Source: a virus
Lineage: Duplodnaviria > Caudoviricetes
IMG/VR virus record: IMGVR_UViG_3300032332_000934
Location: 32,001-96,000 of that record
DNA length: 64,000 nt
Direction: 5' to 3' (one strand)
Positions 34,635 to 44,618 of the stretch are shown here, piece by piece. The position numbers were made by a program, and so were the translations under genes. Below the pieces are notes generated by a model. That model was not told the DNA's origin. It ran no database searches and saw only the letters and a list, made by a program, of their open reading frames with translations. Every line of letters starts with the position of its first letter. Position 1 is the first letter of the stretch.

Positions 34635-37600
34635 TTTACTTCCTTAACCATAAGTGTTCCATCTTCTAAAGTTTTTAGAACTGGTTCGCATATCATTCCT
34701 TCTCGCATCTTTGCCAATGAAAGTGGGTACATGCTTGAAAATACAATTGCTCTATTTAAATTTTTATCTTTATCTGACATAACTAAGTGCGCCATAGTTT
34801 TACCAGCTTTTGTTTTATATGGTGTATAGCTTATCACAAACCTCTGATTTTCGTCAATAGGATATGATTGTGCATATAGGTATTTAACAAAAGCATCATC
34901 AGAATCTTTATTAATTAAATCAACCTCTACGTACCTAGATATTCTATTATCGCCAACAAGAACAAAGTACATTTTATTTGTTTCTATTTTTGTTTGCTCG
35001 ACATCAAATAGACCTACAGATCCGCTCTCATCAACAATCTCAATTCTAGACCATCCAGTGCCACGTTTTATAGCCTTAGCCATTCCAAACATAACAAAAG
35101 ATCCCAGCTCTTCAAACTCATCAATCGGTCTAGCTTGCGCTTTAATCTTTGGGTCTAAGTTAGAAAGGTTAAATGAAGGTATTCCTAAAAATTCGTAATA
35201 AGACTCGGCTTCTTTACCGCTTCTAGGGTTATCATCAAAAGCAGCGCCCCCAATAGAGTTAAGAGAAGCAATGGCCCTAGAATTAATGCCACTACCTTTC
35301 TTGGATGCCTTGTCAACAAAGTCTTTGTAGTTTTCATACGGTCTCTTTTCTATAATTTTATTTGCAATGCTGTCTGAAATAAATTTAATCTCTGCCAATC
35401 CGAATCTAATTGAATCTTTTTGTAATGAAAAGTTTACATCGGATTCATTCACATGTGGAAGTTTTACTTTTATACCAAGTCTTTTTGCTTCAATCAAATA
35501 ACCTGTTCTGGCGTCTTTGTCTCCTTCGTTTTTGAGGATCGAGAATAAAAATTCCAAAGGATAATAGCACTTAAGCCAAGCGGTATAATAAGAAAGCATA
35601 GAATAAGCGACAGCGTGACTACGATTGAATGAGTATCCAGCGTGAGCTTCGAATGTTTTCCAGAGGTTGTCTGCTTCTTCTGCGCTGATATGCTTTTTAG
35701 CACCCTGAATAAATTTATCTTTGAATGGACTGAGTTCTTTTGCATCTTGCTTCTTACCAATAACCTTTCTAACTTTGTCAGCCTCTGACCAAGTCATTCC
35801 GCCCAGGTGTACGCATGCTTGCATAACCTGCTCTTGATATATAATAACTCCGTATGTGTTTTCGGTAAAGGGCTTCATGATTGGATGAATATAGTTAACT
35901 GCTTCATTACCGTGCTTGCGTTTAATATAAGATGCGCCAACTGTATTCATTGCGCCAGGTCTAACCAAAGCATTAGATGCAGCCAGGTCTTCAAATTTAT
36001 CAACACGCATTTTTATAAGTAAGTTTGTATACGGTGTTGCTTCTGCTTGAAATATTCCTTTTGTGTACCCATCGTTAAAAATCTTATAAACATTTTCATC
36101 ATCTAAGGCAATGTCATAAAGATTAATATCTTTGCCAGTTCTATTCTTAATTGATTTTAAAGTGTCAGAGATCACAGATAAAGTCTTAAGACCTAGGGCA
36201 TCTAGCTTAATAAGACCTATATCTGCAACCGTGTCCATATCGTATGCCACGACTGGAATTCTTCCAGAGACTTCGTCATTTGCATCAGCTCTGGACTCTA
36301 TTGGTGCATACTTTCTTAAATCATCTTTTGCAACAACCACACCTGCAGCATGCACTCCAACACTTCGAATCTTTCCACGAAGTTTTTCTGCAAGCCAAGT
36401 TACTTCTGGGTACTTTGCTCTAAACTCTTTTGTATTTGGTGAATCAATAAAATCTTCAAATGTGTCAATTGATTTCATTGCACGGTTAACATCTGACAAT
36501 GGAACCATAAATACTCTAGCAGCATCTCTAATTACACCCTTGTCTTTAAAATAAGTAAATGTAGAAATAGATGCAACATGCTTGAACTTCTTCTTTAAAT
36601 AATCTTTAACTTCTTTTCTTCGGCGGTCTTCAAAGTCTGTATCAATATCTGGAAAGTCATTACGTTCTGGATTAATAAATCTAAAGAAAAGCAAATCATA
36701 TTTAATTGGGTCTACATCTGTAATCCCAAGGGCATAGCAAACTAATGAGCCAGCTGCAGAGCCGCGTCCTGGACCAACCATAATATTATTTGACTTAGCC
36801 CATGTAATCATATCTGCTACAACTAGGAAATATGAGGCAAATGCCTTATCTTTAATTATAGATAACTCTTCTGCAATTCTATCTAAGTAGACCTGCTCTT
36901 TGTCTAGAGATAGTCTTTTAAGGCCTTCCAAGGCCATATCAGACAGTTTCTTGTCGGCATTGGTCTTTGGGATAGGTAGCAGATCTAATCCACTATAGAA
37001 GTCATACTCTTGAATCTTATCAGCAATTTCCATTGTATTATCATATATATCTGTACGAGTAATGCCTGATTTATTAAAGTCCGCCTCAATTTCAGACCTT
37101 GATTGGATAAATAGATTATAATCCTGGAATGATATTCTTCGGTCTGGATACAGGTAATTAAATCTATCCATCATATCTGGCATTTGTCTGGACATTTCGA
37201 AGTCTGCATCTTTGTCTGACTTAGGAGATGTTGATAAAATAAGCATTGCTTCTTCTAATACACGGTCTTCTTCTTTAGCAAAATGAGCATCACCTGTTGC
37301 CACCGCTTTAATTTTAAGCTTGTCTGCTAATTCTAAAAGGGCAGAGTTGATCTCCACAGGGTTATGTGATTGCACTTCCACGTAAAAATCTTGTCCGAAA
37401 GTTTGTTTAAAGCCTTCGAGAAGAAGTTCTGCTTCCTCCATGTTACCTTTATCGATAGCCTTACTAATGAGTCCATTAAGACATCCGCTGAGAACGATAA
37501 TACCTTCGCTATAATCATTTAAAACCTCTCTGTCAATTCTTGGCTTGTGATAAAATCCTTCTGTCCAAGCAAGCTCTTGGAGAGTATTAATATTTTCTAA

Positions 37601-37900
37601 TCCCTTTTTGTTTTTAGCAAGCAGGATAATATGGTTGTAGGCTTGGATTGATTTATCAGTCTTAGAAGATCTATCAAATCTATCTGTTGGTGATATGTAT
37701 GCTTCCACACCTAGTATAGGCTTTATTCCTTGTTCTTTGCATGCAATTTGCATATCACGATGTGAAGACAATGTTCCATGGTCAGTAATTGCTAAAGAAG
37801 TTTGTCCAGCATCTTTAGCAGCCTTAACAAGTTCGGCAGGAGAATTAAGCCCATCCATTAATGAATAGAAAGAATGCACATGTAGATGTGTGAAGTTCAA
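34631..37900 (-). CDS. dnaE: DNA polymerase III alpha subunit
   Basis: PHP HLHVHS.YS..DG, TDHG; GRGSAAGSL; PDIDTD; HAAG; YSFNRSHA; TTG start. Confidence 0.97.
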   Translation of the reverse strand: MNFTHLHVHSFYSLMDGLNSPAELVKAAKDAGQTSLAITDHGTLSSHRDMQIACKEQGIKPILGVEAYISPTDRFDRSSKTDKSIQAYNHIILLAKNKKGLENINTLQELAWTEGFYHKPRIDREVLNDYSEGIIVLSGCLNGLISKAIDKGNMEEAELLLEGFKQTFGQDFYVEVQSHNPVEINSALLELADKLKIKAVATGDAHFAKEEDRVLEEAMLILSTSPKSDKDADFEMSRQMPDMMDRFNYLYPDRRISFQDYNLFIQSRSEIEADFNKSGITRTDIYDNTMEIADKIQEYDFYSGLDLLPIPKTNADKKLSDMALEGLKRLSLDKEQVYLDRIAEELSIIKDKAFASYFLVVADMITWAKSNNIMVGPGRGSAAGSLVCYALGITDVDPIKYDLLFFRFINPERNDFPDIDTDFEDRRRKEVKDYLKKKFKHVASISTFTYFKDKGVIRDAARVFMVPLSDVNRAMKSIDTFEDFIDSPNTKEFRAKYPEVTWLAEKLRGKIRSVGVHAAGVVVAKDDLRKYAPIESRADANDEVSGRIPVVAYDMDTVADIGLIKLDALGLKTLSVISDTLKSIKNRTGKDINLYDIALDDENVYKIFNDGYTKGIFQAEATPYTNLLIKMRVDKFEDLAASNALVRPGAMNTVGASYIKRKHGNEAVNYIHPIMKPFTENTYGVIIYQEQVMQACVHLGGMTWSEADKVRKVIGKKQDAKELSPFKDKFIQGAKKHISAEEADNLWKTFEAHAGYSFNRSHAVAYSMLSYYTAWLKCYYPLEFLFSILKNEGDKDARTGYLIEAKRLGIKVKLPHVNESDVNFSLQKDSIRFGLAEIKFISDSIANKIIEKRPYENYKDFVDKASKKGSGINSRAIASLNSIGGAAFDDNPRSGKEAESYYEFLGIPSFNLSNLDPKIKAQARPIDEFEELGSFVMFGMAKAIKRGTGWSRIEIVDESGSVGLFDVEQTKIETNKMYFVLVGDNRISRYVEVDLINKDSDDAFVKYLYAQSYPIDENQRFVISYTPYKTKAGKTMAHLVMSDKDKNLNRAIVFSSMYPLSLAKMREGMICEPVLKTLEDGTLMVKEVK

Positions 37901-37924
37901 CTTAATTCCCCGACCTTTAACCTA

Positions 37925-38599
37925 TTACCAGTCTACGCTGCTGCTGGTTGATGATGACTCTCGTTCTTCTGAAACTGAGTTTCCAGTGTAAAAAGATTCT
38001 TGTTCTGAATAAGGAACAGTTCGTGTTGCTGTCTTATCAAGATCAAAAGTTTCAAACTTAGATAAATCAAATGGCGTTTCATCTTTAGGTAAGGCAATAA
38101 TTGTGTAGCTAGTATCCGTCTTTGTTCCAGATCTTTTTATTTGCCATGTTGTATTTGTAATGCTTCCCATAAGCTCAGCGTATTCAGCTAGTGTTGGTGT
38201 TATTGTCTTTCCACTAATTCCCTGCGAAAGGATTGCAACGTACGGCTCATTCTTTCCATCGTTTACTAATACATTAATATAAAGACGCTTTTTTGCATTC
38301 CACCCAGACTTTGGGTTTAGTCTGTTTTGTTCACATCCGTAGCATCGGCTCTCATCTTCAAATGAGCACAGTGCCTTTCGTCTGTAATCTTTTGGGCTTG
38401 TATGCTCTACACCAAAAAATCCACAGCCTACCTTATCATTATATTGTGGTGAATTTGGATCTAATTCCTGGAGAAATCTTACAATTACTTTTTCTCCATC
38501 TTCGATCTTCAACCACTTAGCTTTACTATCTTCTCCATCTGAATATGAATTTTTTTCCATTGCTTTTGACATTCCTGCTAGTCCTACGATTTTAGACAT
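37925..38599 (-). CDS. phage ssDNA-binding protein (gp32-like, zinc-binding)
   Basis: W.K..DG....VRF, H....C....C..C, I.R.G...DT.Y, acidic tail ending VDW; lies between primase and polymerase. Confidence 0.65.
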   Translation of the reverse strand: MSKIVGLAGMSKAMEKNSYSDGEDSKAKWLKIEDGEKVIVRFLQELDPNSPQYNDKVGCGFFGVEHTSPKDYRRKALCSFEDESRCYGCEQNRLNPKSGWNAKKRLYINVLVNDGKNEPYVAILSQGISGKTITPTLAEYAELMGSITNTTWQIKRSGTKTDTSYTIIALPKDETPFDLSKFETFDLDKTATRTVPYSEQESFYTGNSVSEERESSSTSSSVDW

Positions 38600-38658
38600 T
38601 TTATTCTCCTTATGTATGTAACGGTATATATCCGTTTGTGACCACAAATTTTGTGAGG

Positions 38659-39648
38659 TTATGTTTTGTATTCGAAATTAGATATGGCATTTGTTATACA
38701 AGCTTTAATATCTTCATCAGACATATCACCTGCATCTTTTACACCTTCTGGATATATTCTACCATAAGAATGCGATGCCCACAAGATGTTCTTACTGCTT
38801 AGTTTATATGCAATTGTTGAGCCTAGATCTCTTCCCGCCTTATCTGCATCAGTCATAATAATAACTGTATTAAAGTATCTATTTAATAGGCTAAGGTTTT
38901 GTCCAGATATGTGTCCACCCAATGTAGCCACAACATTTGGAAATCCAGCTTGGTGAACACGAATTGCATCAAAGCTAGACTCGACGACAATAACCCTATC
39001 TCCAATTTTTTTAGCGCGGTGTATGTTAAACATAGTTTTACTTCTTGGAAGGTCTTTGCTATTCTTAAATCGTTTGTCAGAAATGGATCTTCCAACAACT
39101 CCAACTGGGATTCCATCTGGACTATGAACTGGTACTGTTATCATATCCATGTTATCCGAATAACCTAATGAAAAATGTTTAATTGAATCTAAGTTGATAC
39201 CACGAGATTTTAAATATTCTTTTCCTTTATCGCTATTCATTAAGCCTTTGTGTAAATTAACTAATGTCTCTTCTGGGAACTCAACAAAGTCTGGCTTGTC
39301 TTCTAGCATCTCCTTAAGAGATTCGTCAAAGTTTTCTAAGGCCTCAGACTGCTTTGATTCAATATACCTTAAAGATTGAAACTCATTTTTATTTAAAATC
39401 TTTTTTACTAGATCGCTTAGAGTACCTGCTTCTCCACAAGACGGATTAAAGCAAAGGTAGGCCCCTTTTGTTTTACTTACGCTAAAGCTTGATGTATGTC
39501 TATTGGAATGAAATGGGCAGTATGCTAGGTAATCGTTAGATGTCTCGCCCACCATATCTATTCCAAGGCTCTGGATTATTGATTTGATATGGACAGGGCT
39601 GTACTCCGAGCTATCAACTTGCCTTGAGTTATACCCTCTAATTGCCAT
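38659..39648 (-). CDS. dnaG: DNA primase (CHC2 zinc finger plus TOPRIM)
   Basis: CPFH...CF..C, YL..RGI, VES.FD, D.D.AG, KD. Confidence 0.92.
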   Translation of the reverse strand: MAIRGYNSRQVDSSEYSPVHIKSIIQSLGIDMVGETSNDYLAYCPFHSNRHTSSFSVSKTKGAYLCFNPSCGEAGTLSDLVKKILNKNEFQSLRYIESKQSEALENFDESLKEMLEDKPDFVEFPEETLVNLHKGLMNSDKGKEYLKSRGINLDSIKHFSLGYSDNMDMITVPVHSPDGIPVGVVGRSISDKRFKNSKDLPRSKTMFNIHRAKKIGDRVIVVESSFDAIRVHQAGFPNVVATLGGHISGQNLSLLNRYFNTVIIMTDADKAGRDLGSTIAYKLSSKNILWASHSYGRIYPEGVKDAGDMSDEDIKACITNAISNFEYKT

Positions 39649-39875
39649 GCCTTCTTCTTTCCTACGTATACCCCATGAAGAGTCATTAAGAATCTCCATG
39701 TTTCTCCAGTAAACTCTATTGAGAAAGCTGGATCAATATCTAATACCCTAACATATCCCTTACCACGCATATCTTGAGATAACAAGTTTTCGTATTGTGG
39801 TCTTAAACTTATTAATTGTGCGTTGTCATAAAAGTTAACTTCTATTTGAAACCTTTTAATATTTTTATGGGTCAC
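39576..39875 (-). CDS. hypothetical protein
   Basis: 99 aa ORF, GTGA overlap with helicase stop. Confidence 0.7.
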   Translation of the reverse strand: MTHKNIKRFQIEVNFYDNAQLISLRPQYENLLSQDMRGKGYVRVLDIDPAFSIEFTGETWRFLMTLHGVYVGKKKAWQLEGITQGKLIARSTALSISNQ

Positions 39876-41107
39876 TTGCTCAACTCGGGTAAGTCTTCAT
39901 AGATTGGAGTAATAACTCCTCTATTGATATCCCAATCAAGAAAGAATCTGAAGTCGTGCCCATGCCTATTTTTTCTAGATACAATTTCAATAAGGTCTGT
40001 GTTTGCATGCTTATGAACTGCAATAGCCATATCAGCATCGTACTCAATAGCCTTTGACCATGCTACCTGGCTCATCATTGGCGGTTCTTTTTGATCTGAA
40101 ATATCATCTGCTGTAGCAGCTGTGATATCAATAATTGGAATTCCGTTAGTTACTGCTAGTAACTTAAAGTCTCTTGAAATATTTCTATTTCTTTCTACTT
40201 CAGAATTGCTTCGCTTGTTATCATTAAACAGCTGGTGGTAATCTAAAATAACTAGATCTGGCTTATGCTGGTCAATCTTTCCCTGAATAGTTGCAGGTGT
40301 TACTTCTCCAGCTCCCTCATTTGAAACTAGGATAAAACTATTCTTACCTTCTGTCTTCTTTTTTCCCCATGTTTTAAAATCATCAATGTTAATGTCACCC
40401 TTTGACAAATCGCTTGCTCTAAATAAACCAGAACCAAGCATAGTATAAATTCTATCTCTCATATTTTCTGGAGCCATCTCAAGAGAAACAATCATTGGCT
40501 TAAACCCTTGCTCCCAGGCTTTGCATGCTAGATAAGATGTAAACCAAGTCTTACCACGCCCTGGCCAACCAATAGCAACGATAAGGTGGCCTGGTGCCAT
40601 TCCAGTTGGATAAGCTTTATCAATTGCATCGAAGCCTGTTAAAATTCCTGGGCTTCCTCCCATTGCTAGCGATCTAGTTCTTACTGACTCGTAGTGTCTT
40701 TCAGCCGAGTCTAAATCTGTAATGTCTAAATCTTTAACATTGTTTGTGTAGCGACTTAGTGTTGCGAGTTGTGACTGCATTGTGCCTAGAACTCTTGAAG
40801 GTGCGTCTTCTTTTAGAGATGAGCCTGCTTGCATGAGGATAGTCTTTAACTTATTTCCTACAAATTCATTCTTTAATTTATCCAGATAGTAACCAGTCTC
40901 ACCTTTTGTTTCAACTGGCTCAAAGTCTTTAAACTTATCCTGTAGAATTGTAGCTTCTGGCACTGCCCTAAATTTGTAATAGTATGACTTAAGACCTTCC
41001 CAAATATCTTTATGCGAAACAAATAGTTCGTCTGAATTGTCGGCAAGGATTGTGCTTATATCTTTATTTTTACAAACCGCTGAAATCAGTTCTGCTTCTG
41101 TATTCAT
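39872..41107 (-). CDS. dnaB: replicative DNA helicase (DnaB-like)
   Basis: GWPGRGKT, SLEM, LDY.QL, IEYDAD, K.RHG. Confidence 0.93.
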   Translation of the reverse strand: MNTEAELISAVCKNKDISTILADNSDELFVSHKDIWEGLKSYYYKFRAVPEATILQDKFKDFEPVETKGETGYYLDKLKNEFVGNKLKTILMQAGSSLKEDAPSRVLGTMQSQLATLSRYTNNVKDLDITDLDSAERHYESVRTRSLAMGGSPGILTGFDAIDKAYPTGMAPGHLIVAIGWPGRGKTWFTSYLACKAWEQGFKPMIVSLEMAPENMRDRIYTMLGSGLFRASDLSKGDINIDDFKTWGKKKTEGKNSFILVSNEGAGEVTPATIQGKIDQHKPDLVILDYHQLFNDNKRSNSEVERNRNISRDFKLLAVTNGIPIIDITAATADDISDQKEPPMMSQVAWSKAIEYDADMAIAVHKHANTDLIEIVSRKNRHGHDFRFFLDWDINRGVITPIYEDLPELSK

Positions 41108-41421
41108 TAATTATCCTCAACCATTCTTTTAGTCTCTTGCAACAGACGTCTTCTGTTAATCTTATCTTCTTTAATCTGAATCATCATTCCCTCTATTCGA
41201 TCAAAGTTATTATAAAAGAAATTAAGTGGATGCCTATTCTTTCCAGTTTTAAAGTAATACTCTAGCACCTCTTTAGATCTATCAAACCCTATGCTATCTA
41301 TAACATCTTGCATAGCCCATTTTTCTTTATATCTATTAATAGTGGGCTTTGATTTATAAGCCTCCTCATATAAAATAGAGTACAGAGAAAGAAGAATGTA
41401 GGGTTCTTTATTTACTGCCAC
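41107..41421 (-). CDS. hypothetical protein (helicase-adjacent)
   Basis: 104 aa ORF coupled to dnaB. Confidence 0.7.
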   Translation of the reverse strand: MAVNKEPYILLSLYSILYEEAYKSKPTINRYKEKWAMQDVIDSIGFDRSKEVLEYYFKTGKNRHPLNFFYNNFDRIEGMMIQIKEDKINRRRLLQETKRMVEDN

Positions 41422-41617
41422 GCAATTCCTCTTCTACTTCTTGTGTCTTTTGGATTAGCTTATCTTCAACAAACTTATATACTCGATCTGCTGCGGCATC
41501 TACTGTCTCTCCGTCTCGCACAAAATCATCTACTCCAATACCAATCTTGATACTTTCAAAGTTACCAAGGTTGCGTGTGAAAGATAAGTCTACTCTAACT
41601 TGAGTTCTTTTTTCCAT
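41408..41617 (-). CDS. hypothetical protein
   Basis: T.NLGNFES.KI motif. Confidence 0.75.
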   Translation of the reverse strand: MEKRTQVRVDLSFTRNLGNFESIKIGIGVDDFVRDGETVDAAADRVYKFVEDKLIQKTQEVEEELRGSK

Positions 41618-41721
41618 TAGTGCTCAGCCTTTCTATGTCTACTTAAACTGTCATGAGCAAAAATGCCCCAACGTAATTCTATTTCTTTCTTACATATATC
41701 GCAGACTACTACCCTAGACAT
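41617..41721 (-). CDS. C2H2 zinc-finger micropeptide (34 aa)
   Basis: MSRVVVCDICKKEIELRWGIFAHDSLSRHRKAEH; TAATG coupling at both ends. Confidence 0.7.
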   Translation of the reverse strand: MSRVVVCDICKKEIELRWGIFAHDSLSRHRKAEH

Positions 41722-42203
41722 TACTCTGCTTTCCATACTGGTACAAATTTTCCTTCAGTGGTCTTAGTATACAATATAGTGTTGTGTTTGAGAAGAGCTT
41801 TCATTTCATTTCTTGAAGGCATATTACTAGAGTACCCTGATTCTAATATAAACTCATGAATGTCCATAATGTCCGATTCACTGTACATAAACTTATACCA
41901 TGTGCTATCTGGATTACCTATAGGATATACTTTTTGAGGATATTTTATCTTCCCGTCCAAAATATAATCTTCAATAGTTACCTTATGTTTTCCCAGCATT
42001 TGAGCTACCTGTTTAGTTGAATATGCATTCTCCATAGTTTTTAAAACTTGTGAATAGGAGTAAAGCAATCTTTTTTTATCTGGGTAGCACCAGGCAACCA
42101 TTTGGTCTTTAGATCTTGAAGAACTTAATACTTTATGTATCTTGTTATTTAAGAAGAAATACCGAATGCTTTTAGCTGACTGTTTTCTCTTTTTTCTATC
42201 CAT
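41721..42203 (-). CDS. HTH DNA-binding protein (MerR/excisionase-like)
   Basis: YSTKQVAQMLGKH..TI..Y...G.I..P ... YS..DI. Confidence 0.75.
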   Translation of the reverse strand: MDRKKRKQSAKSIRYFFLNNKIHKVLSSSRSKDQMVAWCYPDKKRLLYSYSQVLKTMENAYSTKQVAQMLGKHKVTIEDYILDGKIKYPQKVYPIGNPDSTWYKFMYSESDIMDIHEFILESGYSSNMPSRNEMKALLKHNTILYTKTTEGKFVPVWKAE

Positions 42204-42337
42204 TTACCTAGTGCACTCGTATCCTTATTAATCATCCATCTTTTACCGCACATCATGCAGAAAAGCTCTACGTGTAATTTTTGCGAAAATACTCTATCAA
42301 CAAAAACTCTCCCCTGACACTTGTTACATTTCATCAT
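42149..42337 (-). CDS. zinc-ribbon protein
   Basis: CNKC.G...C..CG.R. Confidence 0.7.
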   Translation of the reverse strand: MMKCNKCQGRVFVDRVFSQKLHVELFCMMCGKRWMINKDTSALGKWIEKRENSQLKAFGISS

Positions 42338-43134
42338 AGCGTAAATAGCTTCCCATCAACAACACATGAGTAATCTGGTGCCACATGAATCATTTGAATA
42401 TGTGGATAATCATTTACAATATGTGCAATCGCAAAACCTTTTTGCCAATCGTGATGTTGCATATACTTCATTCCTGGGCCCTTTTCATCACACATGTGGC
42501 CAAGCTCGTACCCACGAAGAGTTTCTCCTTCTCCGCCGTTTCTTAGTTCGTATGTGACAAGGTGAGAGGCAATTCTATGAGAGTGGCCTCTAATTAAAGA
42601 TACCTGCAGATCTTCCATGTCTTTACGCACAGAACCAGTTGAAGCAATTGAAAGTCCATGATGTACGTGTATGTCTCCGAATCTGCGCTTTGGAAGTTCA
42701 TTGTAATGAATATACTCATAGCCTAGCGAGTCTAATCCCCATAGTGCTTCTGGAGTAACTTCATTAATATAGTCTGGAAGCTTTGCATCTACATAGTTAA
42801 AAATTCTAACATCATGGTTTCCTAGAGCTGAAAAAAGCTGAGCTTCTGGAAGCATCTCTCTTGTTTTTGTATAAAAATCTCTTGCGCCTTTTGCTTCATG
42901 ACGCATCATAGGGACAATTAGATCTCTACTGTCTGTCTTATGAAGATTCAAAAACTCTGCTGAACGGCCTTCTGTATATTTGCTGTAGCAAGCTTGATCA
43001 TCTGTATCGCCAAGGTAATCTACCACATCTGGCTTAAACCACTTCATGACCTTGAACCAAAGTGCGATCATCTTATCATCCTGATATGGGAATTGCTGGT
43101 CGGATGAAATCATCCACTTTAAATCGTTGCTCAT
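42334..43134 (-). CDS. calcineurin-like metallophosphoesterase
   Basis: SD.Q.P, LGD..D, GNHD, HHG, GHSHR. Confidence 0.88.
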   Translation of the reverse strand: MSNDLKWMISSDQQFPYQDDKMIALWFKVMKWFKPDVVDYLGDTDDQACYSKYTEGRSAEFLNLHKTDSRDLIVPMMRHEAKGARDFYTKTREMLPEAQLFSALGNHDVRIFNYVDAKLPDYINEVTPEALWGLDSLGYEYIHYNELPKRRFGDIHVHHGLSIASTGSVRKDMEDLQVSLIRGHSHRIASHLVTYELRNGGEGETLRGYELGHMCDEKGPGMKYMQHHDWQKGFAIAHIVNDYPHIQMIHVAPDYSCVVDGKLFTL

Positions 43135-43155
43135 AAAAACCCTTAATATATATAA

Positions 43156-43217
43156 AAGCCACGATGTCGTGGCTTATTGTTATAGTAATTGTAACATATT
43201 GACACTGGGTGTCAATA
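43156..43217 (-). promoter_or_regulatory. promoter for the replication block with overlapping palindrome and downstream hairpin
   Basis: TTGACA-16 nt-TACAAT with TGn; inverted repeat TATTGACAC-N3-GTGTCAATA; hairpin AAGCCACGA/TCGTGGCTT. Confidence 0.65.
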
Positions 43218-43226
43218 ACAACCCTA

Positions 43227-43646
43227 TTAAGAAGTTACTATCTTTTTGCCTGCACTGATCCAATGAAAATTAATTGCACCAGTTACGTTCTTTTCAGCAT
43301 AAACATTTAATTTAGTAGATGCAGCATTCCCAGATAAAGACCATCTAATGTTGTTTGTTTTTGGATCTTGCAGTCTTGGAGTTGCAGTGACATAAGCTGT
43401 TTCATAGTCTGCGCCCCAGCCTAGATCTATCTCAATAGTATTGACCTTGCCACCTGTAAGTCCATTTTCAAATGTTACAACACCAGCCTTCAAATGCATT
43501 ACTGAAAGCTGGCTGACGCTATTTGCTGTAGTTGTACTTAAATTATATGATTCGTTTGTTTTGAGGGTAATGGCATCAATTTGTGTCTGCAAGTCCTGTA
43601 GTTTTTTTGGATCTACTGGCTCACCGTCTTGAAATACAACAGTCAT
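43227..43646 (-). CDS. small tail-associated protein (lectin-like beta domain)
   Basis: F.DGEP N-terminus, short coil, beta-rich C-terminus ending FHWISAG; end of tail module. Confidence 0.55.
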   Translation of the reverse strand: MTVVFQDGEPVDPKKLQDLQTQIDAITLKTNESYNLSTTTANSVSQLSVMHLKAGVVTFENGLTGGKVNTIEIDLGWGADYETAYVTATPRLQDPKTNNIRWSLSGNAASTKLNVYAEKNVTGAINFHWISAGKKIVTS

Positions 43647-43834
43647 TATTCCTCCGTAATTTTACTTTCTATAGCATTAGCGTACTCTTCAATTGCTTTT
43701 TCTTTTTGTTTTTGAGACTCAGACATTATTGTTAGGTCTGCTCTTAAAACTGAGATCATCAATTCATATTCCGCAACAAGCTCTGCAATTCTTTGCTGCA
43801 TCGCCGTGATAATTAATTCTTCTTTAGAAGACAT
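43646..43834 (-). CDS. small coiled-coil protein
   Basis: 62 aa heptad-rich ORF. Confidence 0.7.
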   Translation of the reverse strand: MSSKEELIITAMQQRIAELVAEYELMISVLRADLTIMSESQKQKEKAIEEYANAIESKITEE

Positions 43835-43845
43835 TGTTTCCTAAC

Positions 43846-44070
43846 TTATTCTGATAGAGAAGCTAGTTCTTCGACAAGAGCTGCTATTTTTTTATTAACT
43901 GAAGCTATCTGTGCGTTGACAGCTGCAATTGCATCTGCTGCTGGAGCAGTTGCTGACTCTTCTTCCATTAGGTTTACCTCAAGATTGTACTTAGAGTATC
44001 CAAGCGTTCTCAGGTGAGACTCAACTATAGAGCTTTTTTCTTCATTTGATAGTGTGTATTCTGACATCAT
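43846..44070 (-). CDS. small coiled-coil protein
   Basis: AGGAGG SD and TGGTATAAT promoter upstream. Confidence 0.75.
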   Translation of the reverse strand: MMSEYTLSNEEKSSIVESHLRTLGYSKYNLEVNLMEEESATAPAADAIAAVNAQIASVNKKIAALVEELASLSE

Positions 44071-44093
44071 TACCTCCTATTTATATTATACCA

Positions 44094-44330
44094 TTACCAT
44101 TTACCTACAGGGCAAGTGGCTCCTTTAAGCTTTGTCTTTGCTGGCATAAAACATCCGCATTCCTGGCATGTCTTGACGCCGTTATTAAATTTTGGGCAGG
44201 CTTGGCATAATGAATATCTTGAGATTGCATCTTCTTCTGAGACATATTCTGTATTTGGATTTAAAAAATCCCACGGTTTTACATCATCGGAATTTACAAG
44301 TTTTTTAACCTGCTCCCACTTACTCACCAT
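44094..44330 (-). CDS. Cys-rich small protein (DUF6171-like)
   Basis: R...C..CP......C..CGC.M..K......CP.GKW. Confidence 0.75.
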   Translation of the reverse strand: MVSKWEQVKKLVNSDDVKPWDFLNPNTEYVSEEDAISRYSLCQACPKFNNGVKTCQECGCFMPAKTKLKGATCPVGKW

Positions 44331-44556
44331 CTGTTTGCCTCAATTCAAAAGACACGCCATTCCAAAAATAATTTGCCCCTGCTTTTGGGAAATCTGGTAT
44401 ATCAATATCAACATCTTCCAGATCTACCAATATTGGTGTGCTTGAAAGCCCAGCCCTTAAAAGATCAGTCCCAGGCCCAGCAATATTAAACCATCCTGCG
44501 TATTCGCCATTCACAAGAACCATATATGTGCTTCCTTGCATATCTGATTTATTCAT
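44320..44556 (-). CDS. hypothetical protein (possible fibre chaperone)
   Basis: L.S.P.LVD ... G..YFWNG..F; lies downstream of the fibre-like gene. Confidence 0.6.
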   Translation of the reverse strand: MNKSDMQGSTYMVLVNGEYAGWFNIAGPGTDLLRAGLSSTPILVDLEDVDIDIPDFPKAGANYFWNGVSFELRQTDGE

Positions 44557-44618
44557 AATCTCTCCATAACATTACAGTATTCTATCATTTCTATAAAATT
44601 TTGTCTAGCAACTTATTA

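Noticed and set aside
34631-41107. Inteins or introns in dnaE, dnaB or primase
   Set aside because: Lengths and motif spacing are ordinary; no Hint or homing endonuclease motifs
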